A stretch of 64,000 nucleotides of DNA from a virus. Its lineage: Duplodnaviria > Caudoviricetes. Each line of letters opens with the position of its first letter. Within the stretch, counting starts at the first letter, position 1. The stretch covers positions 36,993 through 100,992 of IMG/VR virus record IMGVR_UViG_2516653005_000001; one strand, 5' to 3'. Made by a program: the position numbers and the translations under genes. The notes below the pieces were generated by a model. It was not told the origin of the DNA. It saw nothing but the letters and a program-made list of their open reading frames with translations, and searched no databases. Below are positions 44,462-55,345 of the stretch, piece after piece.

Positions 44462-45385
44462 ATGTTCTCACGTACCAAACACCTCCAGATGTCCGATGAA
44501 GCGAAGCTCGCTCGGCGCAAGTCGATCGGCGGCTCTGATGCACGCATCATCGCTTCTGGCGATCAGATCGCCATCGAGAAGCTCTGGGCCGAGAAGCGAG
44601 GCGAGGTCGCACCCGAAGACCTGTCGGACTCGCTGGTCGTTCAACTCGGCAACACCACTGAGCCGCTGAACCTCGACTGGTTCGAGAAGGACACCGGCTT
44701 CCTGATCGTTGATGCGCAGAAGAAGTTCTTCTTCTCGGAGTGGGGGTTCGCTCACGCCACGGTCGACGGCCTCGTCACCAAGGAAGAGAACGAGGCCCCG
44801 TTCGCCGTGTTCGAGGCGAAGTTCATGCTGCCGTTCAACTTCTCGAAGGAGAAGGCGATCGAGAAATACTACCCGCAGCTCCAGCACAACATGCTGTGCG
44901 TCGGTCTCGAGAGTTGCTTCATCTCGATCATCACTGGCGGTGGCCAATACTTCCGCGAAGAGATCCTCGCTGACGCGATGTACCAGTACGATCTGCTGAA
45001 GATGGAGAAGGACTTCTGGGATTGTGTCCAGACCGGCCGCACCCCTGGCAATCCGAAGGCTCCGGTGCCGGATATCGAGCGCATCAAGGTCGTCGACATG
45101 AGCGCCAACAACGAGTGGGCTGACTTGGCCTTTACGTTGGTGAGCACGAAGACGGCGACCGACAAGCACGAGAAGGCCAAGAAGGAGATCAAGAAACTCT
45201 TTCCGGCCGATGCAGCTGAGGCCTCTGGTCGCGGCGTGAAGATCGCTCTGTCGAAGGACAAGAAGCAACTCATCACCATCGATAAGGACGAGGTCGCCAA
45301 GACCGACGCCTTGTTCGGAGCGACCCCGCCCGTCGCTGAGAACGACAACGTCAAGGCCAAGAAGTCCCGCAAGAAAGCCGCTTAA
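44462..45385 (+). CDS. YqaJ-like recombination exonuclease
   Basis: RRKSIGGSD, GNTTEP, ATVDG, EAK, YYPQLQH. Confidence 0.9.
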   Translation: MFSRTKHLQMSDEAKLARRKSIGGSDARIIASGDQIAIEKLWAEKRGEVAPEDLSDSLVVQLGNTTEPLNLDWFEKDTGFLIVDAQKKFFFSEWGFAHATVDGLVTKEENEAPFAVFEAKFMLPFNFSKEKAIEKYYPQLQHNMLCVGLESCFISIITGGGQYFREEILADAMYQYDLLKMEKDFWDCVQTGRTPGNPKAPVPDIERIKVVDMSANNEWADLAFTLVSTKTATDKHEKAKKEIKKLFPADAAEASGRGVKIALSKDKKQLITIDKDEVAKTDALFGATPPVAENDNVKAKKSRKKAA

Positions 45386-45395
45386 GGAATACACA

Positions 45396-46079
45396 ATGGC
45401 TCCGCGAAAGAACACGAAACTCGACGCGATCTACGACGTCTTCGAAAAGCACGGCGTCGATGTCGGCCGAGACGATATCTGGGAGGTGCAAGGCACTCCC
45501 GTCGTCAAGCACAAACTCTGCGAGGTGCTTGGTGCGAAGATCGGCGTGGAATGGGACGTTCCGACCATCATTCGCGCCGAACGCGATGAGGCTGTCATCA
45601 TGGTCTCTGGCTCGGTCGGAGACCGCACCGAGTGGTCGATCGGAGAGGCTCTCGTCAACGGTAACTATCGAGTCTCGGCGAAGCAACCGGCCTACGTCTA
45701 CGCCATGGCTGAGAAGCGCGCCAAGGATCGCGTCATTCTGAAGCTCGCGAACCTGCACGGCCAGGTCTACTCGGAAGAGGAGGCTGACGACTTCAAGGAC
45801 AAGCGCTCGACCACTGGCCGGTCGGTCGAAAAGCGGCCAGCGAACGACAACCCCAACGCTATGTCCGATGATGAAATCGACAGCTTCTTCGACTTGCTCA
45901 GCAACAAGTTGAGCGACTGCAAGCAGATCAAGGAAGTCACCGCCGTCATGGACGACGAGAAGATCAAGTCCGTGATGTCGAAGTTGTCGAACGACGACTA
46001 CCGCGACGCTCGCAAGCTTGGTGCTGACCGCCTGAAGGCGCTCGGATGGGGTAAGCGCCAGCAACAAGAGGCAGCCTGA
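45396..46079 (+). CDS. Probable single-strand annealing protein
   Basis: Adjacent to YqaJ; YAMAEKRAKDRVILKL...VYSEEEADDF. Confidence 0.55.
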   Translation: MAPRKNTKLDAIYDVFEKHGVDVGRDDIWEVQGTPVVKHKLCEVLGAKIGVEWDVPTIIRAERDEAVIMVSGSVGDRTEWSIGEALVNGNYRVSAKQPAYVYAMAEKRAKDRVILKLANLHGQVYSEEEADDFKDKRSTTGRSVEKRPANDNPNAMSDDEIDSFFDLLSNKLSDCKQIKEVTAVMDDEKIKSVMSKLSNDDYRDARKLGADRLKALGWGKRQQQEAA

Positions 46080-46238
46080 TGGTTGGCCTCCTTATCGACG
46101 GCTACCCGGTCGATGACCGGGCAGTCGCACTCGCACAGCGGCTCGCCAGGAGCACCGCTAAACGCCAGCAGATGAGCGATGTCGATTGGAAGCGCTTCTA
46201 CAGAACGGCGGCGCTCTGGTTCGGACTGAAGCAAGAAG

Positions 46239-46484
46239 ATGCCAACGCAAGCTGACGTCTACTACGACCTCGCCGTCAAGGTCGCCGGGCTCGCGACGAC
46301 TCCCGGTGATCTGCGAAGCTGGTGGACGGAAGAGAAGGCGCGGAGGGACCGATACGGTCTCTCCGCTGACCAGACTGCCTCTCTGATCGACGTGTGCGCG
46401 CGACAGGTCGCCATACTCGAGGAAGGTCGCAACGACGTCGCCTCAAACAAACCCACGAAGAAACGAGTGAGGCCAAAGATATGA
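46239..46484 (+). CDS. Hypothetical protein
   Basis: 81-aa ORF. Confidence 0.55.
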   Translation: MPTQADVYYDLAVKVAGLATTPGDLRSWWTEEKARRDRYGLSADQTASLIDVCARQVAILEEGRNDVASNKPTKKRVRPKI

Positions 46485-46517
46485 TCATGGGTTCCAGACG
46501 TGTCGCTCGGGAGCTGA

Positions 46518-46994
46518 GTGATGTCTAAGTCAGCAAAAGCCAAGAGCGGCTGGCTTCTCGCAAAGAAGGTCGACGGCAAGCTCGTCCCTTACGCGAAATA
46601 CGACGCAGAACGTTTCGCCGAAATCCCAGCCGACAAGATCATTCGCATCCAGGTCGCGCAGCCGCGCAGCATTCCGCGGCACCGCCTCTACCGGGTGTTG
46701 CTGCGGCAAGTCGTCAAGAACACGAACGCATTCGCCACTGACGACGCTCTGCACAAGACGTTGCTCGTTGGCTGTGGCGTCGTCGAGCCCGTTATCACGG
46801 TCGAAGGCGAGATAATCATGATCCCCTCCTCTACCGCGTTCGAGGCAATGCCCGAAGAGCAGTTCAAGACCTACTTCGATCAGGCCCTGACGATCATCTC
46901 CGAGCACATCATCCCAGGCGTCGATATCGACGACCTCCTGGTCGAAGCAAAGTCAGAGGCCGGTTGGCAGGAGCCGATCAAAGAGGCCGCATAA
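46518..46994 (+). CDS. DUF1367/NinB-like protein
   Basis: QPRS..RHRLY...PSSTAFEAM.EEQF..Y. Confidence 0.75.
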   Translation: MMSKSAKAKSGWLLAKKVDGKLVPYAKYDAERFAEIPADKIIRIQVAQPRSIPRHRLYRVLLRQVVKNTNAFATDDALHKTLLVGCGVVEPVITVEGEIIMIPSSTAFEAMPEEQFKTYFDQALTIISEHIIPGVDIDDLLVEAKSEAGWQEPIKEAA

Positions 46995-47004
46995 GGAGCG
47001 AGCA

Positions 47005-48132
47005 TTGATTTCTGAACCCATCTACAAGCGCGACTCGGCCGGAAAAATCCGGACCTGGCAGTACGAGGTAGACGGTGCTGCCTATCGCACCATCGCCGGC
47101 ATCGAAGGCGGGAAGCTGGTGACGTCCGGCTGGACCGAATGCGAGCCGAAGAACGTCGGCAAGAAGAACGAGACGACACCCGAACAGCAGGCACTGGCGG
47201 AGGCTGTTGCTGAAGAAAAGAAGAAGCTGAAGCGGGAATATCGCAAGACCGTTCCGGAACTGGAGTTCGTGCCGAACGGGCCGATGCTTGCCGAGACCTA
47301 TGGCAAACACAAGTTCTCTCTCGACTTCGAGACCGGCATCTTCGCTCAGCCGAAGCTAGACGGCATCCGTGCTTTCATGAACATCAAGCACGGCGCAACG
47401 ACGCGCGAGTTTCAGCCGCATCCCAACTGCACGCATCTGATGGCACGTCTCGTGCCGCTGTTCGCCAAGTACCCCGACATCATCTTCGATGGTGAGCTGT
47501 ACAACCACGACTACAAGGATGCGTTCAACGAACTGTCCGGCATCATCCGGAGGGAGAAGATCACCGAGGAAGATCGTAAAAAGGTCCATTCAATCGTTCA
47601 GTTTCACGTCTACGACCTTCCCAGCGAGCGCCCATTTGCCGAGCGGACCGCCCAGCTGAAGCAGATGCTGACCGAGCTGAACGACCCGATGATCGTGTAC
47701 GTCGACACGGTACGTGTTCAGGACCAAGATCACCTCGACAGCCTGAATGCGCAGTTCATCTGCGACGGATACGAGGGGCAGATGGTCCGGCTTGGACATG
47801 AGCCGTACTACTTCGACAGCCGTCCTTGGGCGCTGATGAAGCGCAAGGACAAGTTCGTCACTGAGGAGTTCCCGGTCAAGCGGATCGAGGAAGGCACCGG
47901 CAATTGGGCCGGTGTCGCCAAGCGGGTTGTTCTCGACATCCCGACCGCCCCCCGTGGCGAGGTTGGAGCGGGAATGAGGGGGTCGAAGGAGTTCGCGCGC
48001 GAGATGATGACGAAGGTCAAGGCTGGGCAGACGCCGAAGCTCGCGACTATTCGCCACTTCGGCGTGACGCCTGACGGCTCCCTTCGTCATGCCGTCGCTG
48101 TCGACTTCTTCGACGAAGAAAGGATGGACTGA
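47005..48132 (+). CDS. ATP-dependent DNA ligase
   Basis: PMLA, QPKLDGIR, FDGELY, HVYD, GYEGQMVR, LMKRK; ATT start after AGGAG. Confidence 0.92.
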   Translation: MISEPIYKRDSAGKIRTWQYEVDGAAYRTIAGIEGGKLVTSGWTECEPKNVGKKNETTPEQQALAEAVAEEKKKLKREYRKTVPELEFVPNGPMLAETYGKHKFSLDFETGIFAQPKLDGIRAFMNIKHGATTREFQPHPNCTHLMARLVPLFAKYPDIIFDGELYNHDYKDAFNELSGIIRREKITEEDRKKVHSIVQFHVYDLPSERPFAERTAQLKQMLTELNDPMIVYVDTVRVQDQDHLDSLNAQFICDGYEGQMVRLGHEPYYFDSRPWALMKRKDKFVTEEFPVKRIEEGTGNWAGVAKRVVLDIPTAPRGEVGAGMRGSKEFAREMMTKVKAGQTPKLATIRHFGVTPDGSLRHAVAVDFFDEERMD

Positions 48133-48292
48133 TGGAGTGGTTATTATTCTTGGCAGCGCTTCGGTCTGGGAAGTCATCTCCCGACGACGATAGCTCCATC
48201 GCCTACACGGCGGTGGCTGTCATACTCGCCGTCTGCGCGATCGTAATGATCGTCGCTCTTGCTTTCAAATTGGTGCAGTAAGGCTTGCTTGA

Positions 48293-49375
48293 ATGCAAAA
48301 CAACAACAAGCAGGTTGATTTTGCGGTCTTCATCGGCCGCTTTCAGCCTCTCCACTTAGGCCACCAACAGGTGATCGACGAGGCGCTTCGGCAGGCTCGG
48401 CATGTCATTATTCTTGTCGGCTCCTCCTTCAGCTCGCGCAGTCCGCGCAATCCGTTCACGTATAACGAGCGGGCGAACATGATCGTACGCGCTTATCCTC
48501 AAGCGGTTGCTGAGAACCGTTTGTCGATCAGGCCGCTCACCGACTTCCCGTATGACGACAAGGCATGGGTCAACAAGGTCGAGCACACGGTCAACCGCGT
48601 TGTGCTGCAGCAGCTGAACCATGGACTGAACGTTACTCTGCACGGTGTTAACGACGCATCCATTGCGTTGATCGGGTTCGCGAAGGATCACACCAGCTAC
48701 TACCTCAAGATGTTTCCGAGGTGGTCGTCGATCAACGTAGTGCCCAACACGAACATCGATGCCACTTCGATCCGGAACGACTATTTCACCTCTGGACGGA
48801 TCGACTTTGCGTCGCTCTCCAAGAGCATTGGCGAGATCGTCTTCGAGTTCCTTGGAACGCCGGCTTACGATTGGCTTGTCGCGGAGCACTGCTTTAACGC
48901 AGGCTACAAGGCCGAATGGAGCCAGTCGCCCTATCCTCCCACATTCAACACCGCTGATGCGGTCGTTGTGCATCGTGACAAGGTGCTGCTCGTCGAACGC
49001 GGAAGGCACCCTGGAAAAGGGCTGTATGCCGTGCCTGGAGGGTTCGTGAACCCTCACGAGAGGCTTTTCAGCGCCGCCATTCGCGAACTTCTTGAAGAGA
49101 CGGAGATCCGAGGTCCCAATGGAATCATGTCCAGCGAACAACTCGCTGCGATGATTCAAGGCCCGCCGGTCGTCTTCGACGCTCCACATCGATCAGAGCG
49201 GGGACGCATCTTCACGCAGGCATATCTGTTCAAGATCCCTGACGACTTTGAAACGCCGACTCTGACGGCGTCGGACGACGCCAGCGACGCCTTCTGGCGT
49301 CACAGGGACATGCTCGATCCGCCGCTTTTCTTTGAAGATCACTACCACATCGTCACGACCATGATTGGAAATTGA
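48293..49375 (+). CDS. nadM: Bifunctional NMN adenylyltransferase/Nudix hydrolase
   Basis: GRFQPLHLGH, RNPFT, ATSIR; Nudix box PGGF...AAIRELLEET; FEDH. Confidence 0.95.
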   Translation: MQNNNKQVDFAVFIGRFQPLHLGHQQVIDEALRQARHVIILVGSSFSSRSPRNPFTYNERANMIVRAYPQAVAENRLSIRPLTDFPYDDKAWVNKVEHTVNRVVLQQLNHGLNVTLHGVNDASIALIGFAKDHTSYYLKMFPRWSSINVVPNTNIDATSIRNDYFTSGRIDFASLSKSIGEIVFEFLGTPAYDWLVAEHCFNAGYKAEWSQSPYPPTFNTADAVVVHRDKVLLVERGRHPGKGLYAVPGGFVNPHERLFSAAIRELLEETEIRGPNGIMSSEQLAAMIQGPPVVFDAPHRSERGRIFTQAYLFKIPDDFETPTLTASDDASDAFWRHRDMLDPPLFFEDHYHIVTTMIGN

Positions 49376-49376
49376 C

Positions 49377-50783
49377 ATGGCGAACAATCTCATCCTCCGC
49401 ACCGACAGCTACAAACTCAGCCACCCGTTCCAACTGCCGCTAGGCACGACGCGAATGTCGGCCTATATCGAGGCTCGAAATGGCGGCGATTTCGACGAGG
49501 TGACGTTCTTCGGATTGCAGATGTTTCTGCTGAAGTACCTCTCCAGGCGCGTCGCCTACAGTGATGTCGTCGAAGCGAAGAAGCTCGCCAAGGGGCACGG
49601 CGAACCCTTCGCCGAAGACGCTTGGATGACCATCGTGAAGGAGCATGACGGCATTCTGCCGCTGAAGATCGAGGCGATCCCTGAGGGGCTGACAGTCCCA
49701 ACCGGGACGCCGCTGGTTCAGGTGTCGAACACCGACCCGCGTTTCCCGTGGTTGACGACATTCATCGAGACGCAACTGCTGCGCGCCGTCTGGTATCCAT
49801 CGACGGTCGCCACGCTGTCACGCCATGCCAAGCAGATCATCTACGACGGCCTGGTTCATACAAGCGACGATCCGGATGGGCAGATCAGTTTTAAGCTGCA
49901 CGACTTCGGCGCTCGTGGCTGCACGAGCAGTGAGCAGGCTGAAATCGGCGGTCTTGCCCACCTCGTGAACTTTCTGGGGACCGATACCGTCGAGGCGCTT
50001 GTTGCAGCGCGGAAATACTACGACGAACCGATGGCTGGTTTCTCGATCCCGGCGGCTGAGCACTCGACGATCACGGCATGGGGTCAGGAGAACGAAACTG
50101 CGGCGTATCGCAACATGCTTCAGCAGTTTGGCGGCGACAAGAAGCTGGTCGCGGTCGTTTCGGATTCCTACGATCTCTTCAATGCCGTCGAGAACATCTG
50201 GGGCGTCGAGCTGCACGACGAAGTCCTGGCGACCGGTGGCACGCTAGTGGTCCGCCCTGACTCCGGCAATCCGGTCGACACTCCGATCGCTGTCATCGAG
50301 AAGCTCGCGGAAAAGTTCGGCTTCACGACCAACAGCAAGGGTTACAAGGTGCTCCACCCGAGTGTTCGCGTGATCCAAGGGGACGGAATGTCCTTGTTGA
50401 ACATCAAGCGTCTGGTGTGGTCGATGACACTGAAGGGATGGTCGATCGACAACATCGCGTTTGGTATGGGCGGCGGTCTGCTGCAGGACGTCAATCGAGA
50501 TAGCATTCGCTTCGCGATGAAGGCTAACCAGATTGAGGTCGACGGCGTCGAGCGAGACATCTGCAAGAAGCCGAAGACTGATCCTGGCAAGGCTTCCAAA
50601 GCCGGCCGCCAGCAAGTCTGGAGGACGCAGGATGGCCGGTTCTTCTCGACCAGAGAGGGCTGCAATGATCTCGTCCAGAAGGGCGACGAGCAGATCCTTA
50701 AGCTGGTTTGGCAGAACGGCAATCTCTACGAGAAGCGGACCCTGGCGGAGATCCGCCAGAATGCCCAGCTTCGCCGGGCTTGA
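49377..50783 (+). CDS. nadV: Nicotinamide phosphoribosyltransferase
   Basis: TDSYKLSH, LHDFGARG, PAAEHS, VSDSYD, RPDSG, IQGDG, FGMGGGLLQ. Confidence 0.96.
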   Translation: MANNLILRTDSYKLSHPFQLPLGTTRMSAYIEARNGGDFDEVTFFGLQMFLLKYLSRRVAYSDVVEAKKLAKGHGEPFAEDAWMTIVKEHDGILPLKIEAIPEGLTVPTGTPLVQVSNTDPRFPWLTTFIETQLLRAVWYPSTVATLSRHAKQIIYDGLVHTSDDPDGQISFKLHDFGARGCTSSEQAEIGGLAHLVNFLGTDTVEALVAARKYYDEPMAGFSIPAAEHSTITAWGQENETAAYRNMLQQFGGDKKLVAVVSDSYDLFNAVENIWGVELHDEVLATGGTLVVRPDSGNPVDTPIAVIEKLAEKFGFTTNSKGYKVLHPSVRVIQGDGMSLLNIKRLVWSMTLKGWSIDNIAFGMGGGLLQDVNRDSIRFAMKANQIEVDGVERDICKKPKTDPGKASKAGRQQVWRTQDGRFFSTREGCNDLVQKGDEQILKLVWQNGNLYEKRTLAEIRQNAQLRRA

Positions 50784-50808
50784 CTATTTGCACGAATGCA
50801 AATAGATC

Positions 50809-51297
50809 ATGCAAATGGACAGTGAGCTTCCACAGGGACCGCCGGCTGGTTTTCGAAAGACCATCCCGGTCCTTGTGAAGCTGCAGGTTGTCATTCGTCA
50901 GAACAGCAGATGTACCGCCTGTGGCGAGCATCTCGGTCGCTTGGAAGACGCAGAGTTCGATCACGTCCCAGCTATCCAATTACGATGCTGGGACGCGGAC
51001 GAAAAGGACACGATCCCGAAGTCTAATGATCCAGAGTTCATCTTTGCCAAGCACGTCAAATGCCATGCTGAGAAGACCTTCGGCCGCGTCGGAGGATCAA
51101 AGCGTGGCTCAGATGTAACTGAGATTGCCCGCACCAAGCGGATCGCGAAAGACACGCTGGAGTTCAGACGGAAGATGTTGGCCAAGTCCGACCCTTCCGT
51201 TGAGCTGCCTGAGCCCAAGCGAAAGAAGAACTGGCCCTCTCGGCCATTTCCGAAACGCAAGGACAACAAAAGCAAGAAACGGCATCAACGTGCGTGA
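50809..51297 (+). CDS. HNH-like protein
   Basis: CTACG...EFDH.P...KCHAEKT. Confidence 0.65.
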   Translation: MQMDSELPQGPPAGFRKTIPVLVKLQVVIRQNSRCTACGEHLGRLEDAEFDHVPAIQLRCWDADEKDTIPKSNDPEFIFAKHVKCHAEKTFGRVGGSKRGSDVTEIARTKRIAKDTLEFRRKMLAKSDPSVELPEPKRKKNWPSRPFPKRKDNKSKKRHQRA

Positions 51298-51330
51298 TGA
51301 CGTTTGCTTGAATGCAAATTGGAAGATCTG

Positions 51331-51630
51331 ATGAGAGAGTTCAACGAGACGACACTTGGCCTTCTCAAGGCCGCCCACAACCTGACGGCTCAGGCCAACA
51401 AGCCCCCGAAGAAAAAATACCAGTACGAGAAAGCAGGCACCGCCATCCACGCCGCTCGCTGCCTGAAGAAGAAGGAGCGTGATGATCTGAATTTCCTTCT
51501 GGAGCAAATCCGGATCGCGGCGGCCAACGGTGACACCCGCGATGTCGAGCAACTTCTCAAGGATGTCGTCCGGCTCCCTGTGAAGTTTGTGCCCGTCAAA
51601 CGGCAGCTTCCGATCGATCTCGCCGCCTAA
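51331..51630 (+). CDS. Hypothetical protein
   Basis: In-line ORF. Confidence 0.6.
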   Translation: MREFNETTLGLLKAAHNLTAQANKPPKKKYQYEKAGTAIHAARCLKKKERDDLNFLLEQIRIAAANGDTRDVEQLLKDVVRLPVKFVPVKRQLPIDLAA

Positions 51631-51656
51631 TTAGTAACAGAGAGAACAATCAGTAA

Positions 51657-54600
51657 ATGAGAATTGAGCGACGATTTACGGTCGACGGTGATCCCTATGC
51701 GGGCATCTCCTTCAAGACTGCGTCCAGCGAAATCCGTAAGCCGGACGGCACGGTCGTGTTCAAGATGGACAACATCGAGGTTCCTGCGGACTGGTCCCAG
51801 GTCGCCATCGATGTTCTGGCGCAGAAATACTTCCGCCGCGTCGGCGTTCCTTCGGCCACTATGGATGTGCAGGACTTCACGGTCCCGCAGTGGCTCCGTC
51901 CGCGCACGGCATCATATTGCGACGGTTACGGCTTGCCTGTTACCTATGGTCCCGAAACGTCGGCGAAGCAGGTCTTCGATCGCCTGGCCGGGTGCTGGAC
52001 CTATTGGGCCTTCAAGAACAATTACTTCGGCGAGTACGTGGTCGAGGACGACGGATCGGTCAATCCTGATGTCGATGCGAGCGCTCGCGCTTTCTACGAT
52101 GAGCTGCGTTTCATGCTGGCGACGCAGATGTTCGCGCCGAACAGCCCGCAGTTCTTCAACACCGGCCTACACTGGGCTTATGGCATCGACGGCCCTGGCC
52201 AGGGCCATTGGTACGTCGACCCGCGCATCAAGGGGCTGAACCAGCTGGTGCAATCGGCCTCGTCCTACGAACGCCCGCAACCTCACGCCTGCTTCATCCA
52301 GTCGATTGACGACAACCTGCTGCAGGAAGGCGGGATCATGGACCTGTGGGTGCGTGAAGCTCGCTTGTTCAAGTACGGCTCCGGCACCGGCACCAACTTC
52401 TCGACGCTCCGAGGTAAGGGTGAAAAGCTCTCAGGCGGCGGCCGTTCGTCCGGGCTTCTATCGTTCTTGAAGATCGGTGATCGTGCCGCTGGCGCGGTCA
52501 AATCGGGTGGAACGACGCGCCGTGCGGCAAAGATGGTCATTCTCGACATCGATCATCCGGACATTGAGGAGTTCATCGACTGGAAGGTCGAGGAGGAGCA
52601 GAAGGTCGCCGCCCTCGTGGCCGGCTCAAAGGCTGCTCGGAAGCATCTGTACGCCATCTATGATGCCGTCTCGCAACTGGAGCCCTACACTGATCTGGTG
52701 AAGGAAGCTCGCGCTGCGTTCGTCCCGGACAGCTACATCAAGCGCGTCATCCAGATGGCGGAGTCTGCAGAGCCATTCCACTTTCCTGTCTACGACGTGG
52801 ATTGGGAGTCGAAGGCCTACGAGACCGTGTCTGGCCAGAACTCGAACAACACCGTGTCGCTCAGCAATGCGTTCCTGCGTGCCGTGGAGAGTGGTCGCGA
52901 TTGGGATCTGATTGGCCGCACCGATGGGAAGGTCGTGAAGACCATCAACGCGACCTATCTTTGGGACAAAATCGCATCGGCGGCGTGGAGCTGTGCCGAC
53001 CCTGGCCTGCACTTCAACGACACGATCAACGAGTGGCACACCTGCCCTGCCGGCGGAAAGATCCGGGCTTCGAACCCGTGTTCGGAGTACCTTTTCCTCG
53101 ACGATACGGCGTGCAACTTGGCTTCGCTGAACTTCATCAAGTTCTATGATGTCGCTAATAACTGTTTCGGCACCGACGACTTCATTCACGCCAGCCGGCT
53201 GCTGACCATCGTTCTGGAAGTGTCGGTTGCGATGGCGCAGTTCCCGTCTCGCGAGATCGCTCGGCTTTCTTATGACTACCGGACACTTGGTCTCGGCTTC
53301 GCCAATCTTGGTGGGCTGCTGATGTCCATGGGCATTCCGTATGACTCGGATGACGGTCGCGCTTTGGCCGCCGCGCTTTCGGCGATCATGACGGCGACCG
53401 CTTACCGTACGTCTGCGGAGATGGCCAAGGAGCTTGGCACCTTCCTGCGGTTCCAAGAGAACCGGGACGCCATGTTGCGTGTGATGCGCAATCATCGTGC
53501 GGCGGCGGACGGCGGTCTGTTCGAGGGCCTGACCATCGAGCCGGTCCGTCTGTCTAAGACGAACCCGATCCCGGAGCTGCCCGTGATTGCTGCCAAGCTT
53601 TGGCGGGATGTTTGCGAGATGGGCGAGAAGTACGGCTTCCGCAATGCTCAGACGACTGTGGTTGCCCCGACCGGCACGATCGGCCTTGTCATGGATTGCG
53701 ACACGACCGGCATCGAGCCTGATTACGCACTTGTCAAGTTCAAGTCGCTGTCTGGCGGCGGGAGCTTCAAGATCATCAATCAGGCCGTTCCGACCGCGCT
53801 GCGACGCCTCGGCTATACCGAGACACAGATCAAGGACGTCGTCGAATACGTCACCGGCACCGGAGTGCTACCCAAGGCATTCTGGAATGCCCTGAAGAAC
53901 TTCGGCACTTCCGACACCGAAATCCCGTCGACGATCTTTGATATCCGTCTCCTGGCGGATTGGAAGGCACTCGGCTTTAGCGAAGAGGAGATCGAGAAGG
54001 TAAACGCTGAGGTCTGCGGAACGATGACCGTCGAAGGTGCGCCGCACCTCGTCGAGGATGACTATGCCGTGTTCGACTGCGCCAGCCCGTGTGGCCGGCT
54101 CGGCAAGCGGTCTATCTCGGTCGACGGTCACATCAAGATGATGGCTGCGGTTCAGCCGTTCATTTCGGGGTCGATCTCCAAGACCATCAATATGCCCCAC
54201 GATGCCTCGGTCGAGGACATCAAGGCGGCCTACATGAAGTCTTGGAAGCTTGGCCTGAAGTGTAACGCCATCTACCGTGATGGATCGAAGCTTTCGCAGC
54301 CGCTGACCACGTCGCTGGTCGACGATGAGCCGGTGATCTTGTCGCAGAACAAGACAGAGGCCGTCGTTCAGGTCGTCGAGAAGATCGTTCGTCAGCGCGA
54401 GAAGCTGCCGAACAGGTGCTCCGGCTATCGTCAGAAGGCGGTCGTCGGAGGGCACAAGGTCTACCTGCGCACCGGCGAGTATCCTGACGGTCGGCTCGGC
54501 GAAATCTTCATCGACCTTCACAAGGAGGGCGCGGCCTTCCGATCGATGATGAATGCCTACGCCATCGCCGTCAGCATCGGCCTGCAATACGGCGTGCCGC

Positions 54601-55022
54601 TGGAGGAGTACGTCGACGCGTTCACCTTCTTCCGGTTCGAGCCCTCTGGTTTTGTCCAGGGTCATGACCGGATCAAGAACTCGATGTCGATCATCGACTT
54701 CATCTGGCGCGATCTCGCGATCAACTACCTCGATCGCAAGGATCTCGCCCACGTTGATCCTCAGGACGAGACGCATTCGACGGTCGGCAAGGGTCTCAAC
54801 GAGGGCAAGCCGGAAGTCGTCACCGGGGTCACCATCACCAGTGGCGGTCCGGGAACGGTGACCGTGATCGCGCCCAAGGTGGAGACGATCGACAAGATCT
54901 CGGCCGCTCGTCAACAGGGGTATACGGGCGACTCCTGTCATGCCTGCGGGCAGTTCACGATGGTCCGCAATGGGACGTGCTCGAAGTGCGTCTCGTGTGG
55001 CGAAACGACCGGCTGCTCGTGA
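51657..55022 (+). CDS. nrdJ: Class II (B12-dependent) ribonucleotide reductase
   Basis: PNSP, HACFI, ASNPCSE, APTGT, YRDGSK, C-terminal Zn ribbon. Confidence 0.97.
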   Translation: MRIERRFTVDGDPYAGISFKTASSEIRKPDGTVVFKMDNIEVPADWSQVAIDVLAQKYFRRVGVPSATMDVQDFTVPQWLRPRTASYCDGYGLPVTYGPETSAKQVFDRLAGCWTYWAFKNNYFGEYVVEDDGSVNPDVDASARAFYDELRFMLATQMFAPNSPQFFNTGLHWAYGIDGPGQGHWYVDPRIKGLNQLVQSASSYERPQPHACFIQSIDDNLLQEGGIMDLWVREARLFKYGSGTGTNFSTLRGKGEKLSGGGRSSGLLSFLKIGDRAAGAVKSGGTTRRAAKMVILDIDHPDIEEFIDWKVEEEQKVAALVAGSKAARKHLYAIYDAVSQLEPYTDLVKEARAAFVPDSYIKRVIQMAESAEPFHFPVYDVDWESKAYETVSGQNSNNTVSLSNAFLRAVESGRDWDLIGRTDGKVVKTINATYLWDKIASAAWSCADPGLHFNDTINEWHTCPAGGKIRASNPCSEYLFLDDTACNLASLNFIKFYDVANNCFGTDDFIHASRLLTIVLEVSVAMAQFPSREIARLSYDYRTLGLGFANLGGLLMSMGIPYDSDDGRALAAALSAIMTATAYRTSAEMAKELGTFLRFQENRDAMLRVMRNHRAAADGGLFEGLTIEPVRLSKTNPIPELPVIAAKLWRDVCEMGEKYGFRNAQTTVVAPTGTIGLVMDCDTTGIEPDYALVKFKSLSGGGSFKIINQAVPTALRRLGYTETQIKDVVEYVTGTGVLPKAFWNALKNFGTSDTEIPSTIFDIRLLADWKALGFSEEEIEKVNAEVCGTMTVEGAPHLVEDDYAVFDCASPCGRLGKRSISVDGHIKMMAAVQPFISGSISKTINMPHDASVEDIKAAYMKSWKLGLKCNAIYRDGSKLSQPLTTSLVDDEPVILSQNKTEAVVQVVEKIVRQREKLPNRCSGYRQKAVVGGHKVYLRTGEYPDGRLGEIFIDLHKEGAAFRSMMNAYAIAVSIGLQYGVPLEEYVDAFTFFRFEPSGFVQGHDRIKNSMSIIDFIWRDLAINYLDRKDLAHVDPQDETHSTVGKGLNEGKPEVVTGVTITSGGPGTVTVIAPKVETIDKISAARQQGYTGDSCHACGQFTMVRNGTCSKCVSCGETTGCS

Positions 55023-55084
55023 CCTGAAACCATCAAGACGCAAGGCCCATAGCGGCCTTGCTCTTGCTTGAATGCAAATTGGCA

Positions 55085-55345
55085 ATGGCAAAAGAAGAAG
55101 AGAAGAAGCCCGAGTGGCTGATGGTCAATCGCCATCTCCAATCGGTAGGCACAGCTACTTGCGATGTCAGCAACATGATCTTGCAGGCAGAGTCGTGTGG
55201 CAAAGGGCCCGAACGCATCATGCTGATGAGTGCGGCTCGTGAAGTCCTGAACCTTCGCCAGAAGGTGCGCAGGCTCACCGCTTTCCGCCTCTCGCGCAAG
55301 CACTTCCCGATCAAACGTCCGACTACTCTAAAGAGGTACAAGTAA
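55085..55345 (+). CDS. Hypothetical protein
   Basis: In-line ORF. Confidence 0.55.
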   Translation: MAKEEEKKPEWLMVNRHLQSVGTATCDVSNMILQAESCGKGPERIMLMSAAREVLNLRQKVRRLTAFRLSRKHFPIKRPTTLKRYK

